Assembly (NCBI GenBank): GCA_039820925.1
Contig: JBCBPD010000002.1
Location: 21,887-85,886, forward strand
DNA from: Bacteroidota bacterium
GTDB lineage: Bacteria > Bacteroidota > Bacteroidia > Flavobacteriales > Flavobacteriaceae
Reading direction: 5' to 3'
Length of the DNA: 64,000 nt
Numbering within the stretch: the stretch's first letter is position 1; every line of letters begins with the position of its first letter. Shown in pieces: positions 58,385 to 64,000 of the stretch. The notes under the pieces are model-generated. The model ran no database searches. It worked only from the letters and a program-made list of their open reading frames with translations, and was not told the DNA's origin. The position numbers and the translations under genes are program-made.

Positions 58385-58422
58385 ACAAGGAATTTGAAAC
58401 AAAGATATAGTATAGAACTACC

Positions 58423-59085
58423 TTATGATAAAATAATTGCCGGCAGATGTTCATTGAACCATTTGGCCCGATGTACTATCATGGCGTGATGACCGTTACG
58501 CACTACCGTACAATCTTTGATTTTTTTGATAGGAAACACATTGTCCTTGTCCCCATGAATATGCACCACACCCGGTAAGGGTTCGCCTTGAGACCAATTC
58601 ACCATGTGATGTATAGACCAGTCCATGTAATGCTTATCTTTTATGGATAAATACCTTTGGTACAAGTCTAAACGCTTCTTCAAATGTTCTCCAAAAGCAT
58701 ATTTGGCCAAAAGCTCCACATTATTGACCAATCCAGTGGGAAGCAACTTATGCGCACCAGTACTTCTCGCAAACTTCATTTTAAAAGGTAATTCTTTGGA
58801 GGATTTTACACTGGAAACCACGATAACTTTGCGGACAGGAATGATTTTCGCCATTTCCTGTACAAGCATTGCTCCAAAAGAGACTCCAAGCAAAACAACA
58901 TTTGGATGTTTGATGTGTTCACACATCTTTTTCGCATACGCCTGAAGGGACATCTTCGGGTCTGGCATAAACCAATTCAATAGATGTAATTCAAACTGTT
59001 CGTGAGGCAGGCGCAATCCCTCAAAAATCAGAGAGTTGGCACCCATTCCAGGCATGCAATAGATATGGATTCGGTCATCTGGCAT
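58423..59085 (-). CDS. Alpha/beta hydrolase
   Basis: MPGMGA, GVSFGAM nucleophile elbow, HIHGDKD, GHHAM. Confidence 0.85.
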   Translation of the reverse strand: MPDDRIHIYCMPGMGANSLIFEGLRLPHEQFELHLLNWFMPDPKMSLQAYAKKMCEHIKHPNVVLLGVSFGAMLVQEMAKIIPVRKVIVVSSVKSSKELPFKMKFARSTGAHKLLPTGLVNNVELLAKYAFGEHLKKRLDLYQRYLSIKDKHYMDWSIHHMVNWSQGEPLPGVVHIHGDKDNVFPIKKIKDCTVVRNGHHAMIVHRAKWFNEHLPAIILS

Positions 59086-59243
59086 TTTGGACCTATTGTC
59101 GAGAACGCTAGGAAATTAACATATTTTTGACTAATTTTGTACTCCTTTTGCAATAGCCCCGCTGTTTACAGACTTGCAAAATCTTATGAATACCACCAAA
59201 AGGTACAAAGAACAAGCAAAGCCAACTTTTAAAACAGAACTAT

Positions 59244-59537
59244 ATGACAGAAATGGAAGTGAAGGATAATAGTTTCCTACGCCAGTTCGAGACGAAGGTC
59301 GATGGGCATCTCGCCAAAATTGAATACTCCTCGCAAGAAAGAAAAGTTTTTTTGACCAAACTGGTTATTCCAGAAGAAATTACCCAAGAAGGATTTAAAG
59401 AATCTTTCATCACCGCAGTACTGCAACAGATTCAAGAAAAAAACCTTAGAGTGGTTCCCACTAGTCCTCACATCGCAGGATTTTTGAGAAAGAACCGCCA
59501 ATACAAGGAAATGTTGCCTGTAGGCATTCGAATCTAA
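59244..59537 (+). CDS. GNAT family N-acetyltransferase (YjdJ-like)
   Basis: RQFETKVDGHLAKIEY, LRVVPTSPHIAGFLRKN. Confidence 0.8.
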   Translation: MTEMEVKDNSFLRQFETKVDGHLAKIEYSSQERKVFLTKLVIPEEITQEGFKESFITAVLQQIQEKNLRVVPTSPHIAGFLRKNRQYKEMLPVGIRI

Positions 59538-59563
59538 GTACTTCGCGCGAAAAACCAAACTAG

Positions 59564-59588
59564 ACCTCTCTTCGGAGAGGTTTTTTTA
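59564..59588 (+). terminator. Terminator with UUCG tetraloop
   Basis: ACCTCTC-TTCG-GAGAGGT-TTTTTT. Confidence 0.85.
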
Positions 59589-60950
59589 TGCCATCACTTT
59601 TGCAGGTGCAAACGTGAAGCGCACCAAACCATCTTCATCAATTTCGGTCAATTCCACTGGATGCAATGTGTTGACCAAATCAGGATTCCAAGGTGCTTTT
59701 ACCTTTACGTAGTTCTCGGTAAACCCATGGATATAACCAGCTTTGTTTTCGCCTTCGAATAGCACAGTTCGTGTGGAACCGATTTGGCTCTCATAAAAGG
59801 CCCGCCGCTTTTTCGCGGACAACCCTCTTAGCATTTTGCTCCGCTTGGCTCTCACGTTTTTAGGTACTGCCCCATCCATGGTAGCAGCTAGGGTATTGTC
59901 GCGTTCCGAATAGGTAAAAACGTGGAGATAGGAAATGTCCAAATCATTCAAGAAATGATAGGTCTCCAAGAAATGCTCATCGGTTTCACCCGGGAAGCCA
60001 ACAATAACATCTACTCCAATACAAGCGTGGGGCATAACCGCTTTGATTCGTGAAATACGCTCGGTATACAAGTTGGTCAAATAGCGACGGCGCATCAATT
60101 TTAGCAGCGCATCACTACCGCTCTGCAATGGAATATGAAAGTGGGGAACAAAAGAATTACTATCCGCAACAAAATCAATGGTTTCATTCTTTAGCAGATT
60201 AGGCTCTATGGAAGAAATACGAAGTCTATGTATGCCTTTTACCTCATCCAAGGCCTTAACCAAATCCAGAAACGTATGCTCATGTTTTTTGTTCCCGAAC
60301 TCTCCCTTACCGTAATCCCCAATGTTTACTCCGGTAAGAACGATTTCCTTAATACCTTTTGCAGAAATCTCCGCAGCATTATTCAAAACGTTCTCCAAGG
60401 TATCACTTCGGGAAATACCCCTAGCTAAAGGAATGGTACAATAGGTACATTTATAGTCACAACCATCTTGTACCTTTAAAAAAGCACGAGTCCGGTCGCC
60501 AATGGCATAACTCCCTACGTAAAAGTCGGCTTCCTCGATTTCGCAGGAATGGATTTGAGCTTTTCGTTTTTTGTTCGTGCCCTGAGCGGAGTCGAAGGGC
60601 TCGGACTCCACCAAATCGTTCAGATAATGGGTGATTTTGAATTTTTCAGTTGCACCCAAAACCATATCAACACCATCAACATCGGCCAATTCTTCTGGCT
60701 TAAGCTGCGCATAACAACCAACGGCAATCACAAAAGCATCTGGGTTGCCTTTTTGGGATTGCTTTACGATGGTTTTAAAACGCTTGTCCGCGTTCTCGGT
60801 TACCGAGCAAGTATTGATGACATAGATGTCAGCTTCTTCCGAAAAATCCACCCGTTCAAAACCCTCGTTTTCAAAACTTCGGGCAATGGTAGACGTCTCA
60901 GAAAAATTGAGCTTGCATCCTAACGTATAAAAGGCAACTTTTTTGGGCAT
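59586..60950 (-). CDS. mtaB: tRNA threonylcarbamoyladenosine methylthiotransferase
   Basis: TLGCKLNFSE, INTCSVTENA, radical SAM motif CDYKCTYC, DVIVGFPGE, TRAM-like C-terminus. Confidence 0.95.
   Translation of the reverse strand: MPKKVAFYTLGCKLNFSETSTIARSFENEGFERVDFSEEADIYVINTCSVTENADKRFKTIVKQSQKGNPDAFVIAVGCYAQLKPEELADVDGVDMVLGATEKFKITHYLNDLVESEPFDSAQGTNKKRKAQIHSCEIEEADFYVGSYAIGDRTRAFLKVQDGCDYKCTYCTIPLARGISRSDTLENVLNNAAEISAKGIKEIVLTGVNIGDYGKGEFGNKKHEHTFLDLVKALDEVKGIHRLRISSIEPNLLKNETIDFVADSNSFVPHFHIPLQSGSDALLKLMRRRYLTNLYTERISRIKAVMPHACIGVDVIVGFPGETDEHFLETYHFLNDLDISYLHVFTYSERDNTLAATMDGAVPKNVRAKRSKMLRGLSAKKRRAFYESQIGSTRTVLFEGENKAGYIHGFTENYVKVKAPWNPDLVNTLHPVELTEIDEDGLVRFTFAPAKVMA
60579..60600. 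repeat. REP-like palindromic element inside mtaB
   Basis: GCCCTGAGCGGAGTCGAAGGGC, a hairpin with GCCCT/AGGGC arms, read as PFDSAQG in MtaB. I recognise it as resembling a dispersed Bacteroidota repeat. Confidence 0.65.
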
Positions 60951-61017
60951 AACCTACTGAAAATCGGGCTGCAAAGGTAATAAATTGTTCGAAGAGAAAA
61001 TACCCTAGCAGATTCGT

Positions 61018-62193
61018 TCAGGACTTCCTCCACTTTTTAGTCTGCTCAAAAACTTCCGTTAGAATCGCCTCTTCGGTTTCATTAAAGTCTATTTCCCGTC
61101 GTTTCATCATAGCCGTTGCGGCTTCATATGCTTTTTTGGGCAGATAGGTGGTAAAACCAGAAGCCCCACCCCAAGTAAAGCTGGGAATAAAGTTTCGAGG
61201 GTACCCACTCCCAAAAATATTGGCACTCACCCCAACAACAGTTCCTGTATTGAACATCGTATTGATTCCGCATTTACTATGGTCACCCATAATCAAGCCG
61301 CAGAATTGCAACCCGGTTCGCGCAAAACCTTCGGTTTTATAGTTCCAAAGACGCACTTCGGCATAGTTGTTTTTTAAGTTGGACGTATTGGTATCCGCTC
61401 CCAAATTGCACCACTCGCCCAGCACGGAATTCCCCAAAAAACCTTCGTGCCCTTTATTGGAATTCGCAAAAAGCACCGAATTATTGACCTCGCCGCCGAG
61501 TTTGCATCCAGGTCCAGCAGTTGTAGGACCATAAATTTTGGCACCCATTTTCAGAATAGCACTTTCACAAAGCGCAAATGCACCTCGCACAATGCATCCT
61601 TCTAATATGGTTGCATTCTTTCCAATATAAATAGGTCCCGTAGAAGCATTCAAAATGCTAAATTCAACCATAGCGCCTTCTTCCAAAAAAATACTATCTG
61701 CATTCACCACTTGGTTGGTCTCCGAAATTGGTTGACTTTTCCTTCCTTGGGTTAGCAGCTGAAAATCTTCCTCTATAGCCTCTCCATTTTTAGAAAAAAT
61801 ATCCCAAGGATTTGTAATAGTCATCGGTTCCCCTTCAAATGAAACCCCTTTAAAAGTATCCGTAGAAGGTTCTTGTTTTGCATCGGTTGTACGATACGCT
61901 ATGATGATTTCACCATACAGTAACATTTCGTTTTCTGACAGTGCCTTAATAGCACTAACCAATTGGGGATTCGGCAAAAAAATGGAATGAATTACTACAT
62001 TATCCAAAGCGCTGACCATGGGAAACTTATCAGAGAGATACGCTTCCGTTTTGTCGCTAACCGTAGCGCCCAAATGTTTTTCCCACTTCTCCTTAATAGT
62101 CAAAATACCGATACGGATATCAGAGATAGGTCGCGTGTACGTCAAGGGCAACAAGGCTTCCCTGAACGTACCATCCGCCAGAATGTAGTTCAT
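61018..62193 (-). CDS. GlmU-family sugar nucleotidyltransferase/acyltransferase with hexapeptide repeats
   Basis: LLPLTYTRPISDIRIGILTIKEKW, GPIYIG, SNKGHEGFLGNSVLGEWCNLGADTNTSNLKNNY. Confidence 0.85.
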   Translation of the reverse strand: MNYILADGTFREALLPLTYTRPISDIRIGILTIKEKWEKHLGATVSDKTEAYLSDKFPMVSALDNVVIHSIFLPNPQLVSAIKALSENEMLLYGEIIIAYRTTDAKQEPSTDTFKGVSFEGEPMTITNPWDIFSKNGEAIEEDFQLLTQGRKSQPISETNQVVNADSIFLEEGAMVEFSILNASTGPIYIGKNATILEGCIVRGAFALCESAILKMGAKIYGPTTAGPGCKLGGEVNNSVLFANSNKGHEGFLGNSVLGEWCNLGADTNTSNLKNNYAEVRLWNYKTEGFARTGLQFCGLIMGDHSKCGINTMFNTGTVVGVSANIFGSGYPRNFIPSFTWGGASGFTTYLPKKAYEAATAMMKRREIDFNETEEAILTEVFEQTKKWRKS

Positions 62194-62220
62194 AGTGTTA
62201 GTTTCAGATACCCTAAAAAT

Positions 62221-62253
62221 AAAAAACGCCGCTGAGACTGTCAGCGGCGTTTT
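62221..62253 (-). terminator. Terminator after the L31 gene
   Basis: AAAAAACGCCGCTGA-GAC-TGTCAGCGGCGTTTT. Confidence 0.8.
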
Positions 62254-62271
62254 CTGAATACTTATGAAAGA

Positions 62272-62541
62272 TTATTCAGCTTTTTTCTCTTCTTTGCTGA
62301 ACTTCTTGTATTTGTTCTTGAACTTGTCAATACGTCCTGCAGTATCAATAAGCTTGGTTTTACCAGTGTAAAATGGATGTGAAGTTCTTGAAATCTCCAA
62401 TTTGATTAAAGGATATTCAACACCATCAACGGTAATCGTCTCTTTTGCCTCTGCAGTGGACTTGGTGATGAACACGTCTTCATTCGACATGTCTTTGAAC
62501 GCCACTAGTCTATAATTCTCTGGATGAATATCTTTTTGCAT
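62272..62541 (-). CDS. rpmE2: 50S ribosomal protein L31 type B
   Basis: MQKDIHPENYRLVAFKD...EISRTSHPFYTG...DTAGRIDKF; no CxxC. TACATTTG promoter at 62566-62573. Confidence 0.95.
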   Translation of the reverse strand: MQKDIHPENYRLVAFKDMSNEDVFITKSTAEAKETITVDGVEYPLIKLEISRTSHPFYTGKTKLIDTAGRIDKFKNKYKKFSKEEKKAE

Positions 62542-62685
62542 GATAATCTCAATTTTTTCAGGGTGCAAATGTAATCATTTCTAATTGCAATACAATAGTG
62601 TTTGGTTAAAAAATATTAGCATCGAGATGTGTAACAAATTTCAATAACCCGGTACTAACTTCATAACAACTCTAAAATATTCCAA

Positions 62686-63204
62686 ATGGAACAAATTCAA
62701 CCGAAAACGGGGAAATTCTCTCTGAACTACGGCCTCATCCTAGGAGGCATTAGTGTGGTATTTGGAGTTTTGCTCTTCACGCAAGACTTACATACCTCCC
62801 AAAGTCCTGGGCTCATGATTTTTAGTATTGTCCTTATGGTGGCGGTAACTTTTTTGGGCATTATGGCCTTTAAAAAAGCAAACGAATCCTATTTAACCGT
62901 TAGTCAAGCGCTTAAAATTGGGGCGGGAATCGCTTTAATTGCTGCCATTATCGGCATCATTTACAATCTTGTCCTTATTAATGTGCTTGACCCTGACACT
63001 CCAGCAAAAATTATGGACGCCCGTCTCGGGCCTGCATTGGAGAGCGGCGATATCACCCAAGAACAGTTTAACCAACAAAAAGAGCAAGGCATTCAGTATT
63101 GGTGGATGGGCTATCCGTTTATCCTCATCATCAACATTGTAATCGGTCTGGTTTTGGGGCTTATTTCGGGGTTGATTCTTAAAAAAGCCAAACCCGCCTA
63201 CTAA
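62686..63204 (+). CDS. DUF4199-like membrane protein
   Basis: LNYGLILG, SQALKIGAGIALIAAII, YNLVLINVLDPD, LILKK at the C-terminus. Confidence 0.75.
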   Translation: MEQIQPKTGKFSLNYGLILGGISVVFGVLLFTQDLHTSQSPGLMIFSIVLMVAVTFLGIMAFKKANESYLTVSQALKIGAGIALIAAIIGIIYNLVLINVLDPDTPAKIMDARLGPALESGDITQEQFNQQKEQGIQYWWMGYPFILIINIVIGLVLGLISGLILKKAKPAY

Positions 63205-63245
63205 GCAAAAAGTGCTACTTTTGGGGGAATTGTTGATACGACACA

Positions 63246-64000
63246 ATGCAGATTTCCGTTGTTATCCCCTTGCTGAATGAGAAGGAATCCTTGCAAGAAC
63301 TTCATGATTGGATTGTACAAATTATGCAATCCAATCATTTTTTATATGAAGTGCTTTTCATTGATGACGGTAGTACCGATGGTTCTTGGGAATTAATTGA
63401 AAAACTGTCTAAGGCAAACGAAAATGTGAAAGGCATTCGCTTTCTGCGCAACTTCGGAAAATCCCAAGCCCTTCATGCTGGTTTTAAAGCTGCCCAAGGC
63501 GATGTCATTATCACTATGGATGCAGACTTGCAGGACAATCCAGAAGAAATCCCTGAATTATTTCAGATGATAACCCAAGAAGGGTATGATGTGGTATCCG
63601 GCTGGAAGAAAAAGCGCTATGATTCGGTCATCACGAAAAACATTCCCTCCAAACTCTTCAATTGGGCTGCGAGACGAACTTCCGGGCTAAAACTGCATGA
63701 TTTCAATTGCGGGCTTAAAGCTTTTGATAAAGATGTGGTCAAAAACATTGAAGTTTCAGGAGAAATGCACCGCTATATTCCCGTTTTGGCCAAAAACGCA
63801 GGTTTTCGAAATATTACTGAAAAAGTCGTGCAACATCAGGCCCGAAAATACGGCACTACTAAATTCGGCGCAGAGCGATTCATTAATGGTTTTCTGGATT
63901 TGATTACGATTTGGTTTGTATCCAAATTTGGACGCCGTCCCATGCACCTATTTGGTGCTTTGGGTGTACTGATGTTTGTGATAGGCTTTGGCTTTTCCAT
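63246..64000 (+). CDS. Glycosyltransferase family 2 (polyprenol-phosphate glycosyltransferase-like), 3'-truncated by window edge
   Basis: Hand translation: MQISVVIPLLNEKESL...FIDDGSTDGSW...RNFGKSQAL...ITMDADLQDNPEEIP...HDFNCGLKAF...GEMHRYIP. Confidence 0.9.
   Translation, partial: MQISVVIPLLNEKESLQELHDWIVQIMQSNHFLYEVLFIDDGSTDGSWELIEKLSKANENVKGIRFLRNFGKSQALHAGFKAAQGDVIITMDADLQDNPEEIPELFQMITQEGYDVVSGWKKKRYDSVITKNIPSKLFNWAARRTSGLKLHDFNCGLKAFDKDVVKNIEVSGEMHRYIPVLAKNAGFRNITEKVVQHQARKYGTTKFGAERFINGFLDLITIWFVSKFGRRPMHLFGALGVLMFVIGFGFS

Noticed and set aside
59186-59269. Upstream ORF overlapping the GNAT gene start
   Set aside because: Out of frame, short, with no attenuator structure or biased residue content.
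60549-60923. Plus-strand 124-aa ORF containing ALSGVEG
   Set aside because: It is the antisense shadow of mtaB; the motif is just the palindromic repeat read on the other strand.
1-64000. Numerous 60-160 aa ORFs in the track antisense to or overlapping long genes
   Set aside because: They lie within well-supported CDSs and show no family motifs, so I treated them as shadow ORFs. No tRNA, rRNA, integrase or transposase was recognised.

Overview
A 64-kb stretch of a Bacteroidota chromosome, most likely a marine Flavobacteriaceae. The assignment is inferred from TAnnTTTG promoters, a T9SS-type C-terminal domain, lipoprotein/TonB gene content and typical gene order. Most of it is housekeeping: hisS, rpsF-rpsR-rplI, priA, nadC, rlmH, a serB-serA fusion, rdgB, a DEAD-box helicase, purB, pgl/zwf/gnd, carB, rpmH, mtaB and rpmE2. 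It also holds an ECF sigma/anti-sigma/DUF4252 operon, a cobalamin-riboswitch-controlled TonB receptor divergent from a BtuFCD-like ABC transporter, and an accessory ArsR-SRPBCC plus GntR(YtrA)-ABC membrane-protein block. I saw no rRNA, tRNA, CRISPR array or intact transposase. The top candidate for an undescribed system lies between hisS and a DUF6495-like gene. It is a tandem pair of very small lipoprotein genes (2870-3076 and 3176-3334, the second missing from the ORF track). They share the C-terminal 12-mer GDHE[Q/R]TDGPIDE, conserved mainly through synonymous changes, and carry identically spaced upstream DNA boxes. An orphan terminator just upstream suggests a small RNA. Other notable items: a REP-like palindrome in frame inside mtaB, a nonsense codon at position 3 of a T9SS cargo gene, a NarX/PilJ-type sensor with no kinase ATPase domain, candidate operators and ECF promoters, and a repeated leader motif before three consecutive accessory membrane genes. 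All family assignments are from motif recognition; no database search was run.
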